In this document: in pieces, positions 46,267-55,855 of the stretch
How positions within the stretch are numbered: position 1 is the stretch's first letter
Layout of the letters: every line of letters starts with the position of its first letter
Assembly: GCA_045863335.1 (NCBI GenBank)
Contig: BTVY01000003.1
Coordinates: forward strand, 128,001-192,000
Source of the DNA: Candidatus Hydrogenedentota bacterium
Lineage (GTDB): Bacteria > Hydrogenedentota > Hydrogenedentia > Hydrogenedentales > SLHB01
Length of the DNA: 64,000 bases
Reading direction: 5' to 3'
Program-made: the position numbers and the translations under genes
Notes under the pieces: model-generated
Database searches by the model: none
What the model saw: the letters and a program-made list of their open reading frames with translations, nothing else
What the model was told of the DNA's origin: nothing

Positions 46267-49080
46267 TTGGGTATTCTTGGACTGCGAATAGGCCGCACAA
46301 ACACACACGCAGTAGTCATGAAAGATGCCAACGGACCCGTTCCGCTTGGTCACCCGAATGATCCAATTCCCACAATGGCCGTCATTGAAGACGGTCACTG
46401 GATCATTGGTGAATCCGCCCTAAACCTATCAGCGTACCGTCCCGGGTGTATCGCGCGCCTGCCCGCCAGCCTAAGCGACCCGATATGCGCGGGTAACTCG
46501 ATGTACGATTCGAGTACGCTATTGACAGGTATCGCAAGTCTCGCGAAGCAGGCCGCCGAAAGAGAGTTGGAAACGCGAATCGAGTCGTGCGCACTTTCCA
46601 TTCCCACATGCTATACCGCCGCCGATTTGACTGTCCTTCGCGACGCGTGTATCGCGGCAGGATTCAAAAGGGTGGAGTTCGTCGTCGATCCCATAGCGGC
46701 AGTAGCGGATGCGTATCCTGATCCCGAAGCTGGGCCCGAGTGTATCCTTGTAGTGCGAATGGGCGGTCGAAGCTTCGAGGCTGCCGTGATTAGCTCGCGC
46801 GACGGAGAATACTCGGTCGATGCCTTCGAAAGCGATTCCTTTCTTGGCGGCGAGGACTTCGATCGCGCCATTGTAAAGTGGTTCATTGAGGGTGCCGAAC
46901 ATGACAATCCGAAGCTGGCGGAAACCATTCGAAATGACCGCACGGTGTATGATCATTTGACTTGGGCGGCAGTGAGCGCAAAGCATACCCTCTCATCGCG
47001 CGTCAGCGCACACCTGATCCTACCGATCGGAAACGAGTCACTTCACCGCGAGCTTAGCCGGGACGTTTTTAACGATTTGACGCGCCCACTCGTGGACCGA
47101 GCAGGAGCAATGGTAGCGTCCTTGTTGCTGCAAACCAGATGCACAGACGATATAGCGCCGAATTTGATCCTGACGGGCGGCAGTGCGGCAATTCCTGCCC
47201 TCGTTGACAGAATACAACTAGGCGCGAATACCAGGCTTCAGCCGATCCAGAATTCCGCCAATGCCTCTGCCAGAGGGGCGGCCCGTTTTGCGAATCGGAT
47301 GTTACATCCCGCCACGGGAGTTGACGCAGCGGCCAACAGACGAGTACTCTACGCGCCTAGAATAGATTTGAGCAGCGATCGTATGCGCCTCTTGCTCGAG
47401 GAGATTACGTTGTCGGCCGCCGCACCGCCGCCACCCTCTCCTCTGCATCTGCCGAAGGCGCTTCATGCCGAGTGTCAAAGACTCGCAGCGTTTCGCGATT
47501 CGTTGAGCGCCCGCCTCGGTTCAGCCCGGTCGGAGTACGCCGCAAAGATTGAGCAGTCCCGAGAGGACCTGGAATGTCTGGCCTGCGACATCTCATCTCT
47601 CACGGACGCGCAAATGACCGCGGAACGCGGACGTGAGTTGTACCTTCGACTTCAGCGCGTTCTCGCCGGGCTTCAGTCCATTTCAACACATCTAGACGAG
47701 GGCGGACCTTGCGAGCCTACCAAGCCTGCCGTTCCGCAACACGTGGAGGAACCTCTCTCCCACAGCCTGAGCCTGGACGAGAACGTTCAGTTCAGCGTCT
47801 ACCGGCCGAGGACCGTAGAGCCATCAAAATGGTATCCGATGCTGGCATTTGCTCATTTGGACGCACTGTCGGAGGATGCGGCGCCTGACGAGGCAGATCC
47901 TATCGAGGAAGTCCATCGTCAGGCGGAATCGATTCTCGGTGAGAAACTCACGGAATACCGGGAGAGCACCCACGATAGCCGAGCTACCGTTCCCCATGAA
48001 GGAGAGATTACTTTTCTTCCGGAGGTTACCGGCATCCAGTTCAATCCTCCGCGCCGCGTATTTCTTTGGGTGGAAAACGTTCACCGTGAAGAATTTCGAC
48101 TGCGGGCCGACGCTTCCCTGGAGGGCCAGACCGCGCGTGGATCGCTCAGCGTCTTCCTGGGTAGCATTCTTCTGGCTGAAGTAACACTCGCGATACGCGT
48201 CCAAACCGGGGTCAGCGTGAGTGCAGTCGAGCCGGCGCACCTCAGTACCGCGCGGCCCTATCGGAAGGTATTCGCGTCCTACTCGCATCAGGATACCGCG
48301 ATTGTCCAAGAGTTCGAACGGTATGCCCGGGCCTTGGGTGACACCTATCTTCGGGATTGGATCGATCTTCGTGCAGGAGAGATTTGGAACGACCGCTTGC
48401 TCGATATGATTCGGGAGGCCGATGTCTTCCAGCTCTTCTGGTCTTCGAATGCGATGCGTTCGGAATATGTCGCGCGGGAATACCAGTACGCCTTGGCCCT
48501 GAATCGGCCTCACTTCGTTCGCCCCACCTATTGGGAGCAACCTCTTCCCGAAAACCCATCGGCCGGGTTACCGCCAGAAGAATTAAAGCGGCTCCATTTT
48601 CAGTGTCTGACCGTCAGTGACGGCGCCTCACATGGTTTGGCCTCTCAAACGCGGAGTGAGTCTCGCGAGGAAATCACGTCACGTTCGGTCTCTTCAGCCA
48701 GCCCCAGTGTTCCACCTTCCCCGGCCCCGCGTCCGCAGAGCAAAGATACAGGCATGACTGATTTTAAAGATGCCTTTGGAGCGCCCACATCGGCACCTAG
48801 CGCCGCCTATGATCTGGACTTTGATAGCGCTGCTGAGACGTTTGACGATTCCGTTGGCCAGTTCCAATTGCCGGACGAATTTCCTATGCCGGCACCAACA
48901 GACGGTTCCCGCGGTCAGGCCCCCTTCCCAGATGAAATGCCCATGGCGGCACCAGGGTTCGCGCCGCCACCAGCGGCAAGGTCGAGACGCGGTAGACCCA
49001 TCGAATTGTGGGGCATAGCAGGGGTGACGATTCTGGTCCTTCTGCTCATCGGGATTATGGCGTACATCGCCATCCGATGA
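46267..49080 (+). CDS. Hsp70-like (degenerate ATPase) - coiled coil - TIR domain - C-terminal TM protein
   Basis: AAGGAG RBS and TTG start; Hsp70 motifs LGGEDFD, LTGGS..IP and ARGAA; TIR motifs KVFASYSHQD, DLRAGEIW, ADVFQLFWS and SEYVARE; terminal TM helix. Confidence 0.85.
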   Translation: MGILGLRIGRTNTHAVVMKDANGPVPLGHPNDPIPTMAVIEDGHWIIGESALNLSAYRPGCIARLPASLSDPICAGNSMYDSSTLLTGIASLAKQAAERELETRIESCALSIPTCYTAADLTVLRDACIAAGFKRVEFVVDPIAAVADAYPDPEAGPECILVVRMGGRSFEAAVISSRDGEYSVDAFESDSFLGGEDFDRAIVKWFIEGAEHDNPKLAETIRNDRTVYDHLTWAAVSAKHTLSSRVSAHLILPIGNESLHRELSRDVFNDLTRPLVDRAGAMVASLLLQTRCTDDIAPNLILTGGSAAIPALVDRIQLGANTRLQPIQNSANASARGAARFANRMLHPATGVDAAANRRVLYAPRIDLSSDRMRLLLEEITLSAAAPPPPSPLHLPKALHAECQRLAAFRDSLSARLGSARSEYAAKIEQSREDLECLACDISSLTDAQMTAERGRELYLRLQRVLAGLQSISTHLDEGGPCEPTKPAVPQHVEEPLSHSLSLDENVQFSVYRPRTVEPSKWYPMLAFAHLDALSEDAAPDEADPIEEVHRQAESILGEKLTEYRESTHDSRATVPHEGEITFLPEVTGIQFNPPRRVFLWVENVHREEFRLRADASLEGQTARGSLSVFLGSILLAEVTLAIRVQTGVSVSAVEPAHLSTARPYRKVFASYSHQDTAIVQEFERYARALGDTYLRDWIDLRAGEIWNDRLLDMIREADVFQLFWSSNAMRSEYVAREYQYALALNRPHFVRPTYWEQPLPENPSAGLPPEELKRLHFQCLTVSDGASHGLASQTRSESREEITSRSVSSASPSVPPSPAPRPQSKDTGMTDFKDAFGAPTSAPSAAYDLDFDSAAETFDDSVGQFQLPDEFPMPAPTDGSRGQAPFPDEMPMAAPGFAPPPAARSRRGRPIELWGIAGVTILVLLLIGIMAYIAIR

Positions 49081-49148
49081 GTTCGACCTCGGTACGCGAG
49101 AGCGCCCTATCAAAACGCGCCCTCAACAATTATGGGCGTGTCATCTTC

Positions 49149-49190
49149 GAATGGTGGCGACCGTCTCTTGATGTCGGGCCGCCGCCATTC
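49149..49190. terminator. Hairpin between the convergent TIR gene and small ORF
   Basis: gaatggtggcg...cgccgccattc stem, without a clear U-tract. Confidence 0.4.
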
Positions 49191-49212
49191 AAGGTGAATC
49201 CTTAAGGGACCA

Positions 49213-49314
49213 TTACGCGAATTCGAAGATGGCGAAGAGTGCGGCGAGGAACTCTTCGATGTCGAGTCCAAAGATTGCCGTGACCAGTCCGAGGATGACC
49301 AAGAGGATTTCCAT
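49213..49314 (-). CDS. 33-aa small hydrophobic protein (absent from the ORF track)
   Basis: AAGGAG RBS 8 nt before ATG; MEILLVILGLVTAIFGLDIEEFLAALFAIFEFA*; host-like C-ending codons. Confidence 0.7.
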   Translation of the reverse strand: MEILLVILGLVTAIFGLDIEEFLAALFAIFEFA

Positions 49315-49606
49315 TTTCTGTACTCCTTGACGTGTTCGTTTTCGCGGTTGCGTCACCGCGATTCGGGCCAGTTCTCAAGTCAGTAGACGTTTGCGGCGCC
49401 CGGCTTATTCATGATACGCCTGTTGTGGAGTCGGGAAAAGCTTTGCTGAACGAATCCAAAAGCGCATGCAAGGCATGCGTTACATTGTTCTGGGCGGGCG
49501 GAAACGCAAAGGGATCGTTCATGTTTTGTAAGTATTTTTAGAACAGTCTATTACCGCAAATCTGGCGACTAGCAGCCCGTGGCAAGGAACCTGCGTATTC
49601 GAATTA

Positions 49607-50082
49607 CGCCCGGCATGGAAACCGGGCGCTACAGGACTTCTGGCACGGGCTGTTAGGGTTCCCGCAAATTGGATGCATCTTTTCCGAGTCATTGTGGATA
49701 GATAAGGGGAGGGGGAGATTGTACCCATTGATCTGAACGTATAGGGGGAACTCGATGACAACCCACGCATGCGAAACCTGCCGAATGCGCACCCACTACG
49801 AAGAAAACCCGCGATCCTGGCGGGGACGGCTCTGGTTGTGGCACACCAAGTGGTGTCCCGGTTGGAAGGCGTACGTGAAATCACGCAAACAAGAGATTTC
49901 GAAGCAGGAAGCGGGGGAGCCAGAGGCCTCCTGAGACGATTGGGGGTTCAGTTCAGCGATTGGTTGTTGTTGCGCCGTAGGCAACTTCAAACCGACGCTT
50001 CGACGTTGCGCTGTAGCGTCCGGCTTCCACGCCGGACGTCTTCGACTCCGTCACTCGCCCGGGGTGGAACCCGGGCGCTACA
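49607..50082. repeat. Three copies of a TGTAGCG-type REP hairpin (49607-49633, 50012-50038, 50056-50082)
   Basis: cgcccggcatggaaaccgggcgctaca; tgtagcgtccggcttccacgccggacg; cgcccggggtggaacccgggcgctaca. Confidence 0.8.
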
Positions 50083-50295
50083 AAGAGGTGCCGCGAGTTA
50101 GCCGCATTCCCTCAATCCTCGAGGTCGGCGACCGTACCGACACGATGGCATGAGGAAGAAGACCCCCTCCCCAGCCTTCACCGAAGACGGGTAGGGCGCA
50201 AGATCGCGCAGGTGGGGGATGTTCTCCGGATCGTTTTGCTATAGTGCCTTGGCCCACGCGGCAGGCGTGGCAAAACGAATCAAGGAGGTTTCCCC

Positions 50296-51468
50296 GTGCG
50301 TCAAGCCCTGATCGGGTGTCTACTGACCGCCGTCGTTGTGATCCTCGCGCTTGCCGGCGGCGCAGCACTGTATGTATATGCGCCGTTCGGTTTGTCTGAA
50401 CTCTTCGGGTTTGATGTATACGACGAGGGTCCGCCGGAAGGCGTCCACGTGGGGGAAGGGCTGTTCGCGAAGCAGTCCGTTGAACTCGACGGGCGCATCA
50501 ACTGGGTGACCGACATCCTCGACGCGGACCTGGATGGCCAACCTGGCGCCGATCTGGGCATGGCAAGCCCCGAGGGGATTCTTTTTCGCGACAGCGCCTC
50601 TAAGCAACTGCGGTACGCGCCGATTGTTGAGTATGTGGACAACATCCGCTTCGTGCACGTTCCTTCTCTCGGCCAATACGCTGTGTACAACAACCAGTCC
50701 TGGTATGAAGAAGACGCTCTGGCGCTGTTCGATTTGAACGGGAAACAACTCTGGACTTTCGAGAATCCCAACGGACCCGCCGCGATGGTGCCCGGCGACC
50801 TGGACGGAGATGGCGAGCCGGAGTTCTGCGTGATCTATTCGGACGACGAGTCCGAGGAATCCGAAACCCTACTCGTGCTGAACGCATCCGGCAACGAGTT
50901 GTGGCGCAAGGCCATACCGTATACGTGGGATTTTGAAGTGGCGGATATCACCGGAGACGGGCTAGATGACATCTGTGTCTTCGATGAGACCGACGAAGTG
51001 TTTATCGAGCGACGCGAGGGTGAACGCCAACGGGTAACCACTGATCCGGTTATGGAGGCGTCCGTTTTCACGACAGTCGCGTGGCCGGCCAATGAATCTG
51101 GCGCCGAGAACATCTGTTTTGAAGTGTTCGAACGGCTGTCCTTCATCGACTCCGCCGGGAATCCACTGCTGGAACTCGATGCGCCCGGTCTGGACTATCC
51201 GGATGACATCCGCGCGGAGGCGTTTACCGTCGAACCCGGAGGCCCAGCCCATCTCGCGGTGATCGCGAATGCGTTTTACCCCGAGTACACGCAGTTCTAC
51301 GTCTACGACCCGGACGGGGCGCTCATGTACTACGAGGTGTTGGGCTCGTATACGTCCGCCTTGACGCCGATCTATACGGAGTCCGGCGAATGCCGCATCC
51401 TGGTTGGCGGCGACGACAGTTTCTACGATTACACGCTCGCCGCCACTCCTCCCGAGGGTGAAGGTTAG
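50296..51468 (+). CDS. Membrane-anchored acidic beta-propeller protein with FG-GAP-like Ca-binding loops
   Basis: AAGGAGG RBS; N-terminal TM; DLDGQPG, DLDGDGEPE and DITGDGLDDI motifs. Confidence 0.75.
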   Translation: MRQALIGCLLTAVVVILALAGGAALYVYAPFGLSELFGFDVYDEGPPEGVHVGEGLFAKQSVELDGRINWVTDILDADLDGQPGADLGMASPEGILFRDSASKQLRYAPIVEYVDNIRFVHVPSLGQYAVYNNQSWYEEDALALFDLNGKQLWTFENPNGPAAMVPGDLDGDGEPEFCVIYSDDESEESETLLVLNASGNELWRKAIPYTWDFEVADITGDGLDDICVFDETDEVFIERREGERQRVTTDPVMEASVFTTVAWPANESGAENICFEVFERLSFIDSAGNPLLELDAPGLDYPDDIRAEAFTVEPGGPAHLAVIANAFYPEYTQFYVYDPDGALMYYEVLGSYTSALTPIYTESGECRILVGGDDSFYDYTLAATPPEGEG

Positions 51469-51475
51469 TCCATTC

Positions 51476-54094
51476 CTACTCCGCGGCCTCTATCGATTCG
51501 TAAAACGCCTGGCGGTGCCGCTCGCCCGCTTCCGCAAAGTGGGTGATGCCTTCCCGCTCGACGATGGCCGTGAACCGTGCCAGGGTACCGTCAGCCTTGG
51601 CCCGCGCCGGCATGCGTTTGCACTTCAAGTACATGATCGGTAGGCGCGCCACCTCGACCCGTTCGCGAACTTCCGGCGAATCGGCAACGATCTCCGCCTG
51701 ATCGAAGATGGCTTCCGCCTCGCGCACGAAATCATCGCTGAAGAGCGTGTCGTCCGGCTGCAGTCCCAGGTGGATGTGCGTGTTCGGAGTGAGTTGATCG
51801 TGGAGCAGATCAAAATACTGCCGGACGTATTGGCCGCTGCGTCCGTAGTAGCCGTACATGAAGTCGTCGATGGTGGCGTTGACGTCGCAGTTGTCGGGGT
51901 CCCAGAGCAGCTTGGAAATCACGTAGGCCCGCAATTCCGCGAACTCCCCGCCCCGGCTCTGGTAGGCCGCCTGTTCCATGATGCCAATCGCATTGTGATC
52001 CCGGAAGAACTGGATGTTTGGTTTCAACACGCGGAAGTTGGGGTAGGGCATGATGTAGTGGCTGAAGTTGACCACATAGTCCCAGATGTAAATGTGCGGC
52101 GCGATCGCGGCCCAGCCTTCCATGTCTTCCACAAAGGACGCGTTCTCCGGACACTCCGTGAAGGGGTGTGCGAAGCAGCATTCGATGCTGCAAAAGCGGA
52201 CGACCACGTTGTGTCGCGGTTTTAGTGTGGCGCAGGGCTTCCGGGTGTAGCTGTAGGCCAGCGTGCCGATGAACTTATCGGGGAACTCCGCTTCCACCGC
52301 TTCAGCAACCTGGTTCACGAACCAGATGATGGGCCCCGACTGGCTCATCTCGCGATCCACGATGGCCTGACACTGATCGCATTCGCAGGGGTTCGACCAG
52401 TCGTTCTGCGACACGGAGTAGATCAGATAGTGTGGATTCTCGCGCATGACCTTGCGAACGCGTTCGGTGATGATGCGCAGCACGTCCGGGTTGGTCAGGC
52501 AGAGCTGGGCATGGTCATGGACCCGTTCGCCGTCGAGGAGGCTGTAATACTCGGGATGATCCGCGAAGAACTCGTCGGGCGGCATGAGCGGGTAAAACGT
52601 ATGTACCGCCCAATAGCCCTCGACGCCGCCGGGCTGTTCGCGGTAGCTCATGGCGCCGTTGATCCGGTTCCGCGCGGCCCAGATGGGCTCGAAGGCCTCG
52701 AAATAGAAATCGTTGCGCACGCGAATCCCCGGCGCTTCGGAGTGGTTAAGACGCACGAAGCGGTAGTCGGTTTTCTTCGGCGCGACCGTCACGCGGGGGG
52801 TGTAGAACCGCAGCCCCAGTTCCCGCTCGAGGAAGCTCATCACACCGTACATGGTTCCGCGTGCGCGGCCTCCCCAGATTGCCAGGTCCGCGCCGACATT
52901 TCTGTAGCGGAAGGACTCGTCATTGAGATCCGGCTCGGCCGTCTCGGGTAAGGCGTCGAGCAAGGGCTTTCCGTAGCCAAGCAGGATCGCCGGGCCGGAC
53001 TCGGGCCGTTGGTCGACGATCGGAAAGTCCGCGCCGCTGACTTCGGCAAGCCAGTGTTTGAGTTCTTCCGCGGCCCAACGCTCCGAATCCGATGCTTCCT
53101 CCGGCAGCACGATGGAGTAGTCGGTCTTACCATCCTCAAAAAGTGCGTATTCGACGCGGATGCCGGCGCTGAAGGGTTGCTCCATCACGATGCGTTGTCC
53201 TCCGGCGAAGGTGGCTTCCGCCCGCAGGGTATACTCGTCAAACTGCGTTGTATCCACCGGAAGCGCCACGTCGGGTTCCTTCGACCATTCTCCCTGCCAG
53301 ATCGTGGCGCCGGGATCCGATACGGGCGATACAGTCAACGACACGTTCTGCAAGAACCCGTCCAATAGTTTTTTCGTTTGGATGTACTGAAGGTGGGGTA
53401 CGCCGTTGGTATCTGTGACGACCCGGAAGGGTTGAAGGTTGTCACGCACGAGTTTGTCGTCGAAGGGGATCAGCCTGCAGGCAAACTGCCAGAGGTTTCC
53501 ACGTTCCTCGACTTTCAGCAAGAGTTGATTGCGGCCCGGTTGGAGGACCACCGGCACGATGTCACCATCGATCCGCAAACCGCGTGCGCCAGGGTGATCC
53601 CACACGCGCTCACCGTTCATCCAGACCTGCACGCCGTCGTTGGTGCCAAGGGCGAGCGCGCAGGCCAGTGTTTCCGTGCTTTCGATTTCACAGTAGGCAT
53701 AAGCGATAACGGCATTCTCTTTGGAGATGGCTTCGTCGAGATCGACATAATCCGCCGGACTCTCGTGTAGAACCCAAGGCAGGGTCGCGCCATCGAGAGA
53801 GATGGTTTGCGCAACGTCGACCTTACCGGTGGTTTCACCTCCGGACCCGGCGAGGTAGTCCTGATAGAAGGCGTCGATCCGGATCGTGTCGATTGTTTCG
53901 TCGGCATCCAACGCCAGAGGAAATGGCCCGCACAGCGACCACGTGCGAAGAAACTCGCCGGACGGTTGATCGGTGTATACCGGCGCATCTGCAAACGTGA
54001 GACTGGCCGTGCAACACAAAAGCGCCGCGGGAATAGAAAACCGAAAGAGCTGAATTGGCGAATTGCCTTGCGTGCGAAGTACGTCGTGATTCAT
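51476..54094 (-). CDS. DUF4838 domain protein (putative secreted glycan-active enzyme) with N-terminal beta-sandwich
   Basis: AAEELKHWL, RGTMYGV, HPEYYSL, QLCLTNP, QND...CEC..C, GTLAY and YIWDY motifs; start uncertain (54094, 54112 or 54187). Confidence 0.8.
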   Translation of the reverse strand: MNHDVLRTQGNSPIQLFRFSIPAALLCCTASLTFADAPVYTDQPSGEFLRTWSLCGPFPLALDADETIDTIRIDAFYQDYLAGSGGETTGKVDVAQTISLDGATLPWVLHESPADYVDLDEAISKENAVIAYAYCEIESTETLACALALGTNDGVQVWMNGERVWDHPGARGLRIDGDIVPVVLQPGRNQLLLKVEERGNLWQFACRLIPFDDKLVRDNLQPFRVVTDTNGVPHLQYIQTKKLLDGFLQNVSLTVSPVSDPGATIWQGEWSKEPDVALPVDTTQFDEYTLRAEATFAGGQRIVMEQPFSAGIRVEYALFEDGKTDYSIVLPEEASDSERWAAEELKHWLAEVSGADFPIVDQRPESGPAILLGYGKPLLDALPETAEPDLNDESFRYRNVGADLAIWGGRARGTMYGVMSFLERELGLRFYTPRVTVAPKKTDYRFVRLNHSEAPGIRVRNDFYFEAFEPIWAARNRINGAMSYREQPGGVEGYWAVHTFYPLMPPDEFFADHPEYYSLLDGERVHDHAQLCLTNPDVLRIITERVRKVMRENPHYLIYSVSQNDWSNPCECDQCQAIVDREMSQSGPIIWFVNQVAEAVEAEFPDKFIGTLAYSYTRKPCATLKPRHNVVVRFCSIECCFAHPFTECPENASFVEDMEGWAAIAPHIYIWDYVVNFSHYIMPYPNFRVLKPNIQFFRDHNAIGIMEQAAYQSRGGEFAELRAYVISKLLWDPDNCDVNATIDDFMYGYYGRSGQYVRQYFDLLHDQLTPNTHIHLGLQPDDTLFSDDFVREAEAIFDQAEIVADSPEVRERVEVARLPIMYLKCKRMPARAKADGTLARFTAIVEREGITHFAEAGERHRQAFYESIEAAE

Positions 54095-54283
54095 GGAAGG
54101 CTGCTCCTGCATTGTGCGGATTCCCCGTGACGTCGCCTGCGCTCCCCGCAATGTGCACCCGGTCGGCGACAGTCTTCGATGGTACACGATTGTGGCGGGA
54201 GTTTTCCTGTTGGGGTGACGGGAGATTTGTCGGCTATGAGAGGGGAAGTAGCGGTGGCTGGCCCTGATCGCTACTTCCAGGTG

Positions 54284-54706
54284 TCAAACGATGCGGCGGC
54301 GGCCGCCTATCGCTTTTGCGACCACCAGCGTGGCGACGGCTCCGGCGGTGGCAACCGCGATTCCGGACGCGACCGCGAGTATGCGATCGACCTGACGGCT
54401 CTCGCAGATGCCCGTGGCGCACCAGCGGGCGAAATGTTCGCAGTTGTTGGCGAAGGCGCAGTACCCGCTCTCGCCCAGGCGCGATTCGGCGCGTTCCACG
54501 ACCGTGTCGGGGTCGTAGGTGAAGGACTCCGTCACCGTCCGGACGTCGCCATTCCGCGCGAATTCCCCCATGGTCACCCGCCGAACCTTGGCGAACTTGG
54601 CGCGGAACACCTCACCCTCGTAGTGGATGACTGTACCGTCGCCACAGTCGATGCCGTGGTGCCAATACCCGAACCGCCGGGCCCGAATGTGATCTCCCCG
54701 CGCCAT
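54284..54706 (-). CDS. Lecithin retinol acyltransferase (LRAT)-like permuted NlpC/P60 protein
   Basis: HHGI..GDG.VIHY and NNCEHFA.WC motifs; C-terminal hydrophobic helix. Confidence 0.9.
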   Translation of the reverse strand: MARGDHIRARRFGYWHHGIDCGDGTVIHYEGEVFRAKFAKVRRVTMGEFARNGDVRTVTESFTYDPDTVVERAESRLGESGYCAFANNCEHFARWCATGICESRQVDRILAVASGIAVATAGAVATLVVAKAIGGRRRIV

Positions 54707-54871
54707 ATTCCGTTCCCTTACACGAGTGTTTTATCCGAGGCACTTATAGAAACGCCCCTGTGCATGGAGATCTTCCCGATACTCCATCCTATGGGATGCT
54801 CGCAAGTCCATTATGGTTTATATGGGGCGCCCATTCCACAACCGCTGTTTGGGGCTGGCGGATGTCCGGAT

Positions 54872-55855
54872 TCAAAGCAGTGGCGCGATGATTTCCGCCA
54901 AGGCCGTCCCGACGCGGCGGTGTCCTTCCGTCTTGAGGTGGACGCCATCCAGGTAAAGGTCGGGAGTAATCTCAATGCGATCCGCAAGGTTCACGAACGA
55001 TACTTCATCAGCATCAAGCGCTTTTTCGATGTCACCAATCCGGTCTGCGTCCTTCGTCCCCTCAGCCGTGGGCATGAGTACGACAAGAATGGAGCCTGCG
55101 GGTATTTCAGCGGCAAGCGCTACGACGGAAGCCACGTTTTCTTCCAACGCGTCGCCCGTGGATTGACGTTCCGGCAGCACGTCAGGCCTGGGTTGCAGCC
55201 ATTTCCAGCCATAGCGGTGGGCAGCGGTAAAACGCGCCAGGTTCGCGGCGGCGAGTAAGGCACTCCTGGGGGGCTCTTCGGGAAATGCCACGCCAGTCCC
55301 CGTCAGGCGCACCACCGGAGGTCGAGTAAAATCGCGGGGTATGGCAAAAAACACGACGAAATCGGGATTGAGCAGGGTCAAGTGGTGGCGGTACATCGCG
55401 ACCATCTGGGTAACGGAGTATCCGTTTACGCCGCAATTGATGACTTCGGTGCCCTCTAGCCGGGACTCGGCTACCGACGTGAAGAGATTCTCCTGTTTCT
55501 CTCGAATGCCCCCCCAAGTCACGGAATCGCCCAGGACGAGGATGCGAGGCGTGTCAGGATTCTTGGTTTCCAGCGCGCGCGGTTCGCGGACTCCCCACCG
55601 GTTGATCGCGATTTCGTTGCCGAGGATGGAGACGTGCTGATCCGGCTGCAACCGGTATCCAGCGTGTTCGTCGGCCGTGTACAGCACTGGGTCTGCGAGG
55701 CCCATGACGCGAAGGACTCCTTCCAGGAGCAGGAGCGTCACCAATAGAATCGCGGCAGTTTCAATCATGCGGCGCTTCCAGGTGGGCGGCTTGGGAGTGA
55801 CTGCGGAATCGCCTCCGTTCCATGAAGGCGTGGGGGATTCCGCAGACTCGCTCAC
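54872..55855 (-). CDS. SGNH/GDSL hydrolase-like membrane-anchored protein (possible glycan O-acyl modification)
   Basis: LGDSVTWG, NCGVNGY and DGVH motifs; GTGA overlap with the upstream gene. Confidence 0.85.
   Translation of the reverse strand: MSESAESPTPSWNGGDSAVTPKPPTWKRRMIETAAILLVTLLLLEGVLRVMGLADPVLYTADEHAGYRLQPDQHVSILGNEIAINRWGVREPRALETKNPDTPRILVLGDSVTWGGIREKQENLFTSVAESRLEGTEVINCGVNGYSVTQMVAMYRHHLTLLNPDFVVFFAIPRDFTRPPVVRLTGTGVAFPEEPPRSALLAAANLARFTAAHRYGWKWLQPRPDVLPERQSTGDALEENVASVVALAAEIPAGSILVVLMPTAEGTKDADRIGDIEKALDADEVSFVNLADRIEITPDLYLDGVHLKTEGHRRVGTALAEIIAPLL

Noticed and set aside
45980-50300. tRNA-anchored integrative island
   Set aside because: No integrase and no duplicated tRNA 3' end found downstream by eye; only the proximity is reported.
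54179-55258. 359-aa plus-strand ORF
   Set aside because: Overlaps the LRAT and SGNH genes antisense and has no motif support.
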